A stretch of DNA of 64,000 bases, taken from NCBI GenBank assembly GCA_050952625.1, contig JBMNLH010000001.1, positions 1,472,001 to 1,536,000 on the forward strand, given 5' to 3'. The stretch comes from Bacillota bacterium (lineage in GTDB: Bacteria > Bacillota > Ch66 > Ch109). Made by a program: the position numbers and the translations under genes. The notes below the pieces were generated by a model that had not been told where the DNA came from, searched no databases, and was given only the letters and a program-made list of their open reading frames with translations. Positions 1-9,928 of this stretch are shown piece by piece; within the stretch, counting starts at the first letter, position 1; each line of letters opens with the position of its first letter.

Positions 1-718
1 AATTGATCGGGAAACCGCTTGTGCTGTGATTCAGCAGCCTAATTTCTATGGTCTGTTGGAAGACGCGGCCCCGGTCGAAAAGGCAGTCCATGCCCAAAAA
101 GGTCTGTTTATTATGACCGTTGACCCAATTTCCTTAGCCTTATTAAAAACCCCGGCAGAGTGGGGAGCGGATCTGGCCGTGGGCGAAGGCCAACCACTAG
201 GTAACAGCCTGAGCTTTGGCGGACCCTATCTAGGATTTATGGCCGCCACTAAGAACCTGATGCGCAAGATTCCCGGTCGGATCGTCGGGCAAACCACGGA
301 CCTAGATGGTCAACGCGCTTATGTTTTGACCCTGCAGGCTCGAGAACAGCATATCCGACGCGAACTGGCAGCTTCTAATATTTGTTCTAATGAGGCTCTC
401 TGTGCCCTAGCGGCCAGCATGTACCTAACCTTTGTTGGCGGCCAGGGTCTAAAAGAAATTGCCAAATGCTGCCACCTATTGGCGGTCTATGCGGAGCAGG
501 AATTCCAGAAAGTCGGACTGGAACTAAAGTATAACCAGCCCTATTTCCGTGAGTTTGCCCTGAAAGTCAGTGAGCCGGCTGCGGCTAACCGCAAACTGTT
601 AGCGAACGGAATTATTGGCGGATATGAACTCGAGGATGCGCTGCTGTTAGCCTTTACCGAAAAGAGAACTAAAGCGGAAATTGACCAACTGGTAGCTGTC
701 CTGGGAGGAAAAATCTGA
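1..718 (+). CDS. gcvPA: Glycine dehydrogenase (decarboxylating) subunit 1, 5'-truncated by window edge
   Basis: Frame open from position 2. Motifs QQPNFYG, GEGQPLG-x4-GGPYLG, RIVGQT, LQAREQHIRRE, SNICSNEAL. Precedes gcvPB. Confidence 0.96.
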   Translation, partial: IDRETACAVIQQPNFYGLLEDAAPVEKAVHAQKGLFIMTVDPISLALLKTPAEWGADLAVGEGQPLGNSLSFGGPYLGFMAATKNLMRKIPGRIVGQTTDLDGQRAYVLTLQAREQHIRRELAASNICSNEALCALAASMYLTFVGGQGLKEIAKCCHLLAVYAEQEFQKVGLELKYNQPYFREFALKVSEPAAANRKLLANGIIGGYELEDALLLAFTEKRTKAEIDQLVAVLGGKI

Positions 719-771
719 TATACTATTTTAACCTTTTGGGTCTTGAACGTAGCGAAAGGAATGGTCAATAA

Positions 772-2250
772 ATGCCCAAGCTTATTTTTGAAAAACACGT
801 TCCCGGCAGCAATTCTTTTAGCCTGCCCAGCAGTGAAATATCGGATCAAGCTTTCAGTGAACAAATCCCGGATCAAACCAAATCCGGGAGAATCCCCGCC
901 CAGTTCCTCCGTCAGGAAGCCATGAATCTCCCTGAAGTAAGTGAGGTTGAAGCGGTTCGCCATTACACAGAGCTTTCTACCAGGGCTTACGGGGTGGATA
1001 GCGGGTTTTATCCGCTTGGTTCTTGTACGATGAAATATAACCCCAAGATTAATGAGTGGGCAGCCAGATTGCCGGGTTTTGCCGGCCTCCATCCCTACCA
1101 ACCGGCCGATACGGTCCAGGGGGCCCTGCAGTTATACTACGAAATGCAGGAGATGCTGGCAGAAATAACCGGCATGGATGGCTTCTCCCTGCAGCCAGCA
1201 GCTGGTGCCCACGGCGAACTGGCTGGCGTTATGATTATGAAAGCCTATCATCAGCAGCGGCAGGACCATAAAAGAACTAAAATTATGGTGCCGGACTCAG
1301 CCCACGGGACCAACCCGGCTTCCGCTAATGTCGTCGGCTTTGAGGTTATTGAAGTGAAATCCAACCCGCGCGGCCTGGTGGACCTGGATGACCTGCGCTC
1401 CAAGATGACGGAGGAAGTAGCGGGCTTAATGCTGACTAACCCTAATACCCTGGGTCTGTTCGAAGAAGAGATTCAGGAAATTGCCGCGATCGTGCATGAT
1501 GGCGGGGGACTCCTCTATTACGATGGTGCTAATCTGAACGGGATCATGGGGGTCGCGCGGCCGGGTGATATGGGATTTGACGTCATCCATGTTAACCTGC
1601 ATAAGACATTTGGGACGCCCCATGGCGGTGGGGGCCCGGGTTCTGGCCCGGTCGGAGTTAAGGCCAAGCTTTTGGAATTCTTGCCGAAACCGATCGCGGT
1701 TAAAGAAGGCGAGCAATACCGCTTTAACTATAATCTGCCCCTGTCCATTGGTAAGGTTAAAAACTTTTATGGGAATTTCGGGGTCATTGTTAAAGCCTAC
1801 GCCTACATCAAAGCCCTGGGAGCGGAAGGCTTAAAAGAAGCCTGCCAGCATGCTGTCTTAAATGCGAATTACCTGCGGCATCAGTTACGGGATACTTACC
1901 ACATTCCCCTGGATCGGCTGTGCAAACATGAGTTTATAATTAATTCGAAGAAGCAGGCGGAAAACGGTATTACCACCCTGCAGATGGCGAAACGCTTAAT
2001 CGATTACGGCTATCACCCCCCCACGGTTTACTTCCCGTTGATTGTCAGCGAAGCGATGATGATTGAGCCGACGGAGACCGAATCCAAGGAACGGCTGGAT
2101 GACTTTATCCAAACCATGCGCACCATCGCGCGAGAATCAGTCGAAAATCCGGAGCTGGTCAAACAGGCCCCGCAGCAAGCGATGATCAAAAGGGTTGATG
2201 AAGTAACGGCTGCCCGCAAGCCGGTGGTTAAATGGGAGACCGGTGTGTAA
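772..2250 (+). CDS. gcvPB: Glycine dehydrogenase (decarboxylating) subunit 2
   Basis: [27 protein letters not shown]-lysine motif [25 protein letters not shown]. Confidence 0.97.
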   Translation: MPKLIFEKHVPGSNSFSLPSSEISDQAFSEQIPDQTKSGRIPAQFLRQEAMNLPEVSEVEAVRHYTELSTRAYGVDSGFYPLGSCTMKYNPKINEWAARLPGFAGLHPYQPADTVQGALQLYYEMQEMLAEITGMDGFSLQPAAGAHGELAGVMIMKAYHQQRQDHKRTKIMVPDSAHGTNPASANVVGFEVIEVKSNPRGLVDLDDLRSKMTEEVAGLMLTNPNTLGLFEEEIQEIAAIVHDGGGLLYYDGANLNGIMGVARPGDMGFDVIHVNLHKTFGTPHGGGGPGSGPVGVKAKLLEFLPKPIAVKEGEQYRFNYNLPLSIGKVKNFYGNFGVIVKAYAYIKALGAEGLKEACQHAVLNANYLRHQLRDTYHIPLDRLCKHEFIINSKKQAENGITTLQMAKRLIDYGYHPPTVYFPLIVSEAMMIEPTETESKERLDDFIQTMRTIARESVENPELVKQAPQQAMIKRVDEVTAARKPVVKWETGV

Positions 2251-2328
2251 TGGGAAGCCAGGGTAAAGATCTGAACACCATTTGCGTAGTTTTTTATTAC
2301 AGAGCGCAGCGAAAGGATTTCTATTAAA

Positions 2329-3822
2329 ATGAAAGACTTGATTATTATTGGTGGGGGCCCGGGCGGTTACGTTGCGGCGATCCGAGCCCGACAGCTAGGG
2401 ATGACCGTCACAATCATAGAGAAAGAGGCTTTTGGTGGAACTTGCCTTAATCGTGGCTGTATCCCGACCAAGGCCTACTACCGGAACGCCCTGGTCATGA
2501 AGGATATAAAGGCTTGTGAGGAATTCAATATCAAGGTGAGCAACGTCTCATTTGACATGGCCGGGGCGCGGCAACGCAAGGATCAGATTGTCCGCAACTT
2601 AGTTGTGGGCATCGAAAAACTGTTGCTGGCCAACGGAGTAGAAATAATCAAAGGCAATGCCGCTTTGCTGGACCGCCACACGGTCCTGGTCAATGGAGCC
2701 GAGCTTCAGAGCAAAAACATCTTACTGGCCACTGGCTCAATCCCGGCTTCCCTGCCCATCCCGGGGATTGATCTGCCAGGAGTAATGACCAGCGATCAGC
2801 TATTGGAATTAAATGAAGTGCCGCCACGATTGGCGGTTATTGGCGGCGGAGTCATCGGGCTGGAATTTGCCGGTATTTTTAGTGCTCTGGGTAGCGAGGT
2901 AACTGTGTTTGAATACCTGCCGGAGCTCTTAAACACCATGGACCACGAGCTAGGCAAACGCCTGCGGGTTTTCCTCAAAAAACAGAAAATTAATGTGCAT
3001 ACTTCCACCCGCGTCGAGAAAATTGAATTAGTTGAAGATATTGAGCTAGATAAAGAGTCGGCAAAGACCTTAAAGATAAGCGGTGAAAATAGCATCCGGA
3101 CTGATCATCTGGCTGACCGATCTTCAAACCTCTTAAAAATTAGAGCAGAAGGTAAAAAAGGCCCAGTTGAAGTTACGGCTGACATCATCTTAGTCGCCAC
3201 CGGGCGAAAACCATTTACCGCCGGCCTGAACCTGGAAAAACTGGGGATTGCCACGGATAAAGCCGGTTTTATCCAAGTCGACAGCCATTTCTCGACCAAT
3301 GTAAAAGGCATCTATGCCATCGGGGATGTTATCGGGGGGCAGATGCTGGCTCATGTTGCCTCAGAAGAAGGAATTGTGGCTGTGGAAAAGATGGCTGGGA
3401 TTGACTCAGATATGCCTTATCAGGCTGTGCCCGCCTGTGTTTTTACCATGCCGGAAATAGCCAGCGTCGGTTTAAGCGAGGAAGAAGCGAAAGCCAAAGG
3501 AATCGTTTATCAGACCGGAAAATGCCAGTTTGCTGCTAATGGTAAAGCAATGACCATGGGAGAAACCGATGGCTTGGTCAAAGTGCTGGCTGATCAAGAC
3601 GATGTCATAATCGGGGTGCACATTATTGGGCCGCATGCCAGCGACCTAATTATGGAAGGTACTATAATGGTTAATAGCCGGCTGAAGGTCCCCGATGTTT
3701 TCGGGACCATCCACCCCCACCCCACCCTGTCTGAGGTGATGATGGAAGCAGTCCTGGATGTACACGGCCAGGCCATTCACTTGGCCCCAGTCCGCCACCG
3801 CCGGGCCACCGGGACCGGTTAA
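2329..3822 (+). CDS. lpdA: Dihydrolipoamide dehydrogenase (L protein)
   Basis: GGGPGGYVAA, redox disulfide GGTCLNRGCIPTK, IGGGVIGLE, C-terminal HPHPTLSE; gcv context. Confidence 0.96.
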   Translation: MKDLIIIGGGPGGYVAAIRARQLGMTVTIIEKEAFGGTCLNRGCIPTKAYYRNALVMKDIKACEEFNIKVSNVSFDMAGARQRKDQIVRNLVVGIEKLLLANGVEIIKGNAALLDRHTVLVNGAELQSKNILLATGSIPASLPIPGIDLPGVMTSDQLLELNEVPPRLAVIGGGVIGLEFAGIFSALGSEVTVFEYLPELLNTMDHELGKRLRVFLKKQKINVHTSTRVEKIELVEDIELDKESAKTLKISGENSIRTDHLADRSSNLLKIRAEGKKGPVEVTADIILVATGRKPFTAGLNLEKLGIATDKAGFIQVDSHFSTNVKGIYAIGDVIGGQMLAHVASEEGIVAVEKMAGIDSDMPYQAVPACVFTMPEIASVGLSEEEAKAKGIVYQTGKCQFAANGKAMTMGETDGLVKVLADQDDVIIGVHIIGPHASDLIMEGTIMVNSRLKVPDVFGTIHPHPTLSEVMMEAVLDVHGQAIHLAPVRHRRATGTG

Positions 3823-4041
3823 GTGTCCTCGCGGGACAGAGGGACATATTAAATGTCCCGGTAATCAATATGTCCATAGCTTACATGGCCGGTATTATTG
3901 GTTTCCTTTGGGTTGAGGTCATTGATAACAACTCAAGATATACTTATTTCTACAGATGCGGAACATTCGGGTAATAAGTACCTGAGAAGAATTCTTACTT
4001 AATTGAGACTCATCATGCGTTGGAGGGTCGTCCAAGGATTA

Positions 4042-5031
4042 ATGAAAGAAATAATCAATCACTCGACTGATCCGTATTTCAATATGGCAATGGAAGAGTA
4101 CAGCATCAGGCAGTTGCCAGCTGATGATAATTATTTTATGCTCTGGCAGAACCAGCCGGCGGTGATCATCGGTCGAAACCAAAACACGATTGAAGAAATA
4201 AACTCTAGTTTCGTTGAAGAGCATGGTATCAAAGTGGTGCGCCGAATGTCTGGCGGAGGTGCTGTCTACCACGATCTCGGAAACCTTAATTTCACGTTTG
4301 TGGTCGATGAGAACCAGGACTTTGCCAACTTCGACAAGTTCACGCGTCCAGTCATTAATGCCCTGAAAAGGCTAGGGATTGAGGCCGAAAACAACGGTCG
4401 AAATGACCTGACTATTGCCGGCAAAAAATTCTCCGGTAATGCTCAGTATAAGCACCGAAATCGGCTTTTACACCATGGGACCATTTTATTTAATTCCAAT
4501 ATTGAGATAATGGTTCAAGCCTTAAACCCCAGCCCGGAGAAAATCTCTTCCAAAGGCATAAAATCAGTGCGCAGCCGAGTGACGAATATCCATGAACATT
4601 TGCCAATACCGGTAACGATCGAGGAGTTCAAACAGGTCCTCACAGAGGAAGTTTTTCGGTTAGAGCTCGCCCCTGCTGTCTACCGGCTCAACGAATCAGA
4701 CCGGCAAAAGATAACTGAGTTACGCAATAACAAGTATGCTAGCTGGGATTGGATCTACGGAACTTCCCCGGCGTACAATGTTAGAAAAACCGCTAATTTT
4801 GGCTGGGGCAGGATTGATATTCGGTTGGATGTTAAACGCGGATTAATCTGTGGGTGTAAAATATTTGGCGACTTCTTCAGCCCCCAGGATATGGATGAAC
4901 TGGAAAACAGCTTAATTGGCACTAAGTACCGTGAAGAAGATTTAACCAAACGCCTGGTGGAAATTGATTTGCGTCAATTTTTTCCCCAAAGCGAGGGCGA
5001 CGAACTTCAAACACTATTGTGCTCTACATAA
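4042..5031 (+). CDS. lplA: Lipoate-protein ligase A
   Basis: DPYFNMAMEEY, VRRMSGGGAVYHDLGNLNF, GKKFSGNAQ, LHHGTILF. ATG 4042 chosen over TTG 4003. Confidence 0.94.
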   Translation: MKEIINHSTDPYFNMAMEEYSIRQLPADDNYFMLWQNQPAVIIGRNQNTIEEINSSFVEEHGIKVVRRMSGGGAVYHDLGNLNFTFVVDENQDFANFDKFTRPVINALKRLGIEAENNGRNDLTIAGKKFSGNAQYKHRNRLLHHGTILFNSNIEIMVQALNPSPEKISSKGIKSVRSRVTNIHEHLPIPVTIEEFKQVLTEEVFRLELAPAVYRLNESDRQKITELRNNKYASWDWIYGTSPAYNVRKTANFGWGRIDIRLDVKRGLICGCKIFGDFFSPQDMDELENSLIGTKYREEDLTKRLVEIDLRQFFPQSEGDELQTLLCST

Positions 5032-5149
5032 AATTACCCCCCTATCCAGAAATGAATTATCAGACATAAGACAACTACCTTAATTCATAAAATTTAGATG
5101 AAACCTGCAAATGCTTAGCCGGTTAGTCTTTCAACAAAGAGGTACGCTT

Positions 5150-5710
5150 ATGGCTGGTTCGCTCAGTCAAGCCTTTCACTACCGAGGAAAAGCAGTTAAC
5201 CTGGTGTCTCAGGCAGAAAAGCCCGAAGACTTCCAGCTGGCGGGTCTATTTTTTCAGGAGGCCGGCCATTATTTTCGGAAAACTCAGTGCTGGCTGGCTG
5301 CTCGAGAGAGTTTTCTGGCTGCGGACGAGAATTTTCAGAAAGGAGGACTGATTAATCAGTCACAAGAGGCCAAAGCCTGGGCGAACCGGACCAGGAAACA
5401 CCTTAGTTCCTGGTTTAACCGACCGCTTCAAGTGGGCTGTTTTGGTGCGGGTATTATCCTATTCTACGGCCTGATCTACTGGTACCTCGATGGCGTGAGC
5501 ATCGATTCCTCTGGCAATCTGCCCTCTTCTTTCTGGGAGGCCCTTGGTTTTAGTGGTGTAACCTTTACCACCCTAGGTTACGGCAATCTTTACCCTAATT
5601 CCTGGCTGATTACCCTCCTGGCGGTATCAGAAGCCATGATCGGAGTAATCACTATCTCCTTCTTAATTTTTTCTCTCACCACCCGCTGGCTGCATAAAGA
5701 AACCAATTAG
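5150..5710 (+). CDS. Two-TM potassium channel family (Ion_trans_2) protein with N-terminal helical region
   Basis: Pore helix and filter FSGVTFTTLGYGNLYP between two hydrophobic segments; AGAGGT RBS before ATG 5150. Confidence 0.8.
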   Translation: MAGSLSQAFHYRGKAVNLVSQAEKPEDFQLAGLFFQEAGHYFRKTQCWLAARESFLAADENFQKGGLINQSQEAKAWANRTRKHLSSWFNRPLQVGCFGAGIILFYGLIYWYLDGVSIDSSGNLPSSFWEALGFSGVTFTTLGYGNLYPNSWLITLLAVSEAMIGVITISFLIFSLTTRWLHKETN

Positions 5711-5725
5711 CTTAGACCAACCACG

Positions 5726-5913
5726 CAACCACGGGGACGGTTCTCGTGGCTGGCGGGGTATAAGTGACATATTTGAAGGCGCGCCAACCATAACTTAATT
5801 TAGTCCCAATGACTTTAGCTGCATCATTAATATTATTAGAATATTATTAGCGACTATTAGTTCCTCAATAATTCTGTCTAAATTCCCTGCCACGAGAACC
5901 GTCCCCGTGGTTG
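5726..5913. repeat. REPIN/MITE-like element with perfect 25-bp inverted repeats
   Basis: caaccacggggacggttctcgtggc (5726-5750) and its exact reverse complement (5889-5913) around a 138-bp AT-rich core. Confidence 0.8.
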
Positions 5914-5920
5914 GCTGTAC

Positions 5921-5951
5921 AAAGGCCTTCGAAAAAATTCTTCGAAGGCCT
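5921..5951. terminator. Hairpin between convergent genes
   Basis: aggccttcgaa...ttcgaaggcct inverted repeat. Confidence 0.65.
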
Positions 5952-5961
5952 GACTTATTCC

Positions 5962-6210
5962 CTAAGCTTTTTGCGTCTCCGACATCAAAGCCAACGTAAA
6001 CAAGCAAACAAGAACAAAGCCGCCAATAATCATCCAAAGCTGGAGGTCGCTGCCAGCCATAACATTCAGCCCAATAAGTCCCACCGCAGTTAAACCATAC
6101 ACACCCTTTTTAAAACCGGAAGACAAGGTGAATTTTTTACATACACCGGCGAATTTTAGAAATACAAAAATGGCCAAAAAGATAATGAGCAGTTCGATGA
6201 TCGATTGCAT
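5962..6210 (-). CDS. Small membrane protein (about 3 TM), hypothetical
   Basis: 82 aa, hydrophobic, strong AAGGAGGTGA RBS. Confidence 0.8.
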   Translation of the reverse strand: MQSIIELLIIFLAIFVFLKFAGVCKKFTLSSGFKKGVYGLTAVGLIGLNVMAGSDLQLWMIIGGFVLVCLFTLALMSETQKA

Positions 6211-6384
6211 CCAGAATCACCTCCTTCTTCCGTCATATTGCCAGAGAATAATCCTCATTTCGACATTTACCCAGTTATAAATTACTTCGCCATTAGCCGT
6301 ATAAATCCTGCTAAATTTAAAAATATTGTTTAGTCTTGCGCATAATTCTCTATATCTCTATAAATATAGGGTACAGAGTATAGG

Positions 6385-8136
6385 TTACAGCACCCTAGTC
6401 ACGCCGCGATAAATCAGTCCGCGCACACTATCCACGGTTACCATTTCACCGTCGGTCAGTTTCCGAACCGCATCAGCAGCCCCGACGATCGTGGGAATAC
6501 CTAGAGTCAGTCCAACGATGGCGGCGTGGGAAGTCAGCCCACCTTCTTCTGTGACAATAGCGGCGGCTTTTTCCATGGCCGGGACAAACTCACGGTCTGT
6601 TGACCGCGTTATTAAAATATCCCCCGGTCGCATTCGGGTGCGGGCCTCATTCGGGGTTAAAGCCAGACAAACCCGACCAACCACGCCCCGATTCCCGACG
6701 CCAGTGCCGCTGACCAGGACGTCCGCGACTAGATGCACCTTAATCAGATTGGTCGTTCCGGGTACCCCAGCCGGTACACCAGCGGTGATGACAACGAGGT
6801 CCCCGCGGCGAATCATGCCGGCCTTAAGACTGGCATTAATTGATTCTTCAATCATCTGGTCAGTTCCTTCGATATCCTGAACAGATACCGGATAGACGCC
6901 CCAAACTAAACAAAGCTTAGCGGCTACCCGTTCACTAGGTGTGGTGGCGATGATCGGGGCTTCGGGCCGATACTTGGCCACCATGCTGGCGGTTGAGCCA
7001 GTTTTGGTCGCTGTAATAATGGCTGCTGATCCTAGATCCGCTGAAATAGAACAGGTCGCATGACCAATCGCATCTGTGACTGATGGTTTATAAGCAATCC
7101 GTTTAGCTGCTAACAAGTCATGATAATTGACGGCTTTTTCGGTCCGGCGGGCAATGCGGGCCATGGTTTTGACTGCTTCGACCGGATATTTCCCAGCCGC
7201 GGTTTCGCCGGATAGCATAATAGCATCGGTCCCATCAAAGATTGCATTCGCCACATCGCTGGCTTCGGCTCGGGTGGGTCGGGGGTTGCGGACCATTGAC
7301 TCCAGCATCTGGGTGGCGGTGATCACCGGTTTGCCCAACAGATTGCACTTATCAATGATTACCTTTTGCACCAGGGGCACTTCTTCGGTCGGGATTTCGA
7401 CTCCTAGATCACCCCGGGCAACCATGACTCCATCCGCGACCCGGGTAATCTCGTCGAGGTTATCTACTCCTTCCTGATTTTCGATCTTGGCGATGATGTG
7501 GATATCCGCGTTCCGCTCTTCCAGGATCCGGCGAATGTCTAAGACATCAGAGGCTTTGCGCACAAACGAGGCCGCAATAAAATCAACCCCATGGTCAATG
7601 CCAAAGTTGATATCCGCCACGTCCTTCTCGGTCATGGCCGGCAGTCGGATTGAGACCCCGGGCACATTGACATTCTTGCGGCTGCCAATCTCCCCGCCAT
7701 GCGCTATCTCGCACAGGATTTCAGTCCCCTGAATCCGTAAGACTTTTAACCCAATCAGCCCGTCAGCGATCAGGATCATGTTGCCGGGCTTGACATCCTG
7801 GGGCAAGCCGCGGTAACTGATGCTCAGTCTGGTTTCGTCTCCCAGGATATCTTCTGTGGTTAGGGTGATTTGTTCCCCTTCAATAAGATTAATCGTGTCT
7901 TTAGCTAAGTTCCCCGTTCTGATTTCTGGCCCCTTGGTATCCAACATGATGGCCACTCTTCGCCGGGTGTTGGCCATGGCCTGCCTGATTGCCTCAATCC
8001 GGAGTAAATGTTCCTCATGGGTACCATGAGAAAAATTCAGTCGCGCAATGTCCATCCCTTCATTAATTAGCTGTTCCAGGATCTCAACCGATTGACTGGC
8101 TGGGCCGATCGTACAAACAATCTTCGTCCGCCGCAT
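6385..8136 (-). CDS. pyk: Pyruvate kinase with C-terminal PEP-utilizer mobile domain
   Basis: RRTKIVCTIGPAS, DTKGPEIR, MVARGDLGVE, TATQMLESM, C-terminal GGLTSHAAIV. Confidence 0.98.
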   Translation of the reverse strand: MRRTKIVCTIGPASQSVEILEQLINEGMDIARLNFSHGTHEEHLLRIEAIRQAMANTRRRVAIMLDTKGPEIRTGNLAKDTINLIEGEQITLTTEDILGDETRLSISYRGLPQDVKPGNMILIADGLIGLKVLRIQGTEILCEIAHGGEIGSRKNVNVPGVSIRLPAMTEKDVADINFGIDHGVDFIAASFVRKASDVLDIRRILEERNADIHIIAKIENQEGVDNLDEITRVADGVMVARGDLGVEIPTEEVPLVQKVIIDKCNLLGKPVITATQMLESMVRNPRPTRAEASDVANAIFDGTDAIMLSGETAAGKYPVEAVKTMARIARRTEKAVNYHDLLAAKRIAYKPSVTDAIGHATCSISADLGSAAIITATKTGSTASMVAKYRPEAPIIATTPSERVAAKLCLVWGVYPVSVQDIEGTDQMIEESINASLKAGMIRRGDLVVITAGVPAGVPGTTNLIKVHLVADVLVSGTGVGNRGVVGRVCLALTPNEARTRMRPGDILITRSTDREFVPAMEKAAAIVTEEGGLTSHAAIVGLTLGIPTIVGAADAVRKLTDGEMVTVDSVRGLIYRGVTRVL

Positions 8137-8322
8137 TAAACTCCCCCTTATTTTTCAAGAGTTGAGGCTTTACCGACAACTTTTTTCTGCCAGGGAATCA
8201 GGTTTACTCTTGCTTAAAGCCAGAATCAGGTAGACTCCATGCTCTAGACAGCACTATCAGAACATGAACATCTGCTGACCGAGTTAAAACACGAACGTAG
8301 AGTAATATCCTTTAGTACATTG

Positions 8323-9282
8323 CTAGATCGCCAGGATACTGGCTAATTCCATGATGTCCCGGTTAGGTTGCTTGCGGCTATGTAAAATACTGTCCAGGTC
8401 CCAGGTTTCGATCTGCCCGGCTTTCATCCCGACCATCTTTCGGGTGTCACCCTGCCGCAACAAATCAACCGCATGGGCCGCCATCCGACTGGCCAGGAGC
8501 CGGTCCATCGCTGTGGGGGGGCCACCCCGTTGAATATGACCCAGAATAGTTACCCGGGTATCCATCTCAGTCATCTCCCTGATCTGGTTGCCCAATTCAA
8601 AGACATTGACCGCGCCCTCTGCAACCACTAGGATACTATGCAGTTTCCCGCGGGCCTGGCCTCGCCGGAGTTTGGCCGCAATCTCCTCGAGATCATAGGG
8701 CACTTCTGGGATGAGGATTGATTCTGCACCGCCGGCCAGCCCGGCATCCAGGGCAATGTACCCGGAGCGATGGCCCATGACCTCAATGATAAAAATTCTT
8801 TCATGCGAGGTCGCGGTATCCCGAATTTTATTAATTGCATCAATAACCGTGTTCACCGCCGTATCGAAGCCAATCGAATAGTCAGTACACGGGATATCAT
8901 TGTCAATACTCGCCGGTACACCGACGACCTTAATCCCCAATTCAGCCAATTTCAGAGCCCCCCGAAAAGAGCCGTCTCCCCCTAAAATAACTACGCCATC
9001 TATTCCGGCAGTCTGGAGGTTTTCGACTGCTATTGGCGGACCCTCCGGCGTCATGAACTCCGCGGAGCGGGCGGTCCTAAGAATCGTCCCTCCCCGATGG
9101 ATAATATCTGCCACTGAACCGAGTCCTAAGGGAATAATCTCATTCGCAATTAACCCGGAAAAACCCCGACGGATCCCCATTGGTTCCACTCCATGGTAAA
9201 TTGACTTGCGAACAACCGCCCGAATGGCCGCATTCATTCCTGGAGCATCGCCGCCGCTAGTCAATACGCCAATTCTGCGCAA
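8323..9282 (-). CDS. pfkA: ATP-dependent 6-phosphofructokinase
   Basis: VLTSGGDAPGMNAA, GGDGSF, SIDND, EVMG, LGHIQRGG; probable TTG start 9282. Confidence 0.97.
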   Translation of the reverse strand: MRRIGVLTSGGDAPGMNAAIRAVVRKSIYHGVEPMGIRRGFSGLIANEIIPLGLGSVADIIHRGGTILRTARSAEFMTPEGPPIAVENLQTAGIDGVVILGGDGSFRGALKLAELGIKVVGVPASIDNDIPCTDYSIGFDTAVNTVIDAINKIRDTATSHERIFIIEVMGHRSGYIALDAGLAGGAESILIPEVPYDLEEIAAKLRRGQARGKLHSILVVAEGAVNVFELGNQIREMTEMDTRVTILGHIQRGGPPTAMDRLLASRMAAHAVDLLRQGDTRKMVGMKAGQIETWDLDSILHSRKQPNRDIMELASILAI

Positions 9283-9371
9283 AAAACTCACTCCCACAAT
9301 GAAAAATACCCATTAGGCCTAGTTTACCCGTTCACAAATGTGCAATTCTTTTCAACGATAATCTCGATAAA

Positions 9372-9572
9372 TTATGCTCCTAAGGCTGATGCTAATACTT
9401 CATGCGCTTCTTCGACCTCAGATTCGGGAACCAGGATTTCCACGGAATTCGCATCTCCTGACTGGGGTAAACCTACTGGTCTTAGCTGAACTAATAATCC
9501 TTCAGTGGTCAGTATTTCTTTTAAGCTTTCAGCACTAGATCGATTCGGTGCAATATATACCACGGTCCACAT
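9372..9572 (-). CDS. Small conserved protein (DUF2007-like), typical of clostridial mtrB-pfkA loci
   Basis: MWTVVYIAPN...L..EGLLV...EILVPESEVEEA; GGAGG RBS. Confidence 0.75.
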   Translation of the reverse strand: MWTVVYIAPNRSSAESLKEILTTEGLLVQLRPVGLPQSGDANSVEILVPESEVEEAHEVLASALGA

Positions 9573-9619
9573 CTTTGCCTGGCCTCCCACTTCCACCTAT
9601 TTTTATCTGTTTGGTTATC

Positions 9620-9853
9620 CTAGTCCTCAAAGGTGTCTACGACGCCATGTTCTGTATAGAGTCGGGCTTTTCCTCTAATCTTAATCGCCGAGGTATGTTC
9701 CGTAAACTGAGCGAGCATCACCTCGCCCCGGTCCAGTTTCTCCGTGTGGTGAAAACGGGTATCTTTACCCCGGGTCAAGCCGATGATAGTTACTCCATTT
9801 TCCAATGCCTTAACGACAATGTACTGCTGTTGGTTCATCATATCTGCGGGCAT
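9620..9853 (-). CDS. mtrB: trp RNA-binding attenuation protein TRAP
   Basis: [49 protein letters not shown]. Confidence 0.97.
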   Translation of the reverse strand: MPADMMNQQQYIVVKALENGVTIIGLTRGKDTRFHHTEKLDRGEVMLAQFTEHTSAIKIRGKARLYTEHGVVDTFED

Positions 9854-9928
9854 CTAACTCCCTCCTCTTGTCAACGATGATACCACCTTTTGTTAATCAG
9901 CGCAAATAAAAGGAAATCGCATTTTTTG

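Noticed and set aside
9372-9853. TRAP gene between dnaE and pfkA as unusual
   Set aside because: This arrangement is common in spore-forming Clostridia.
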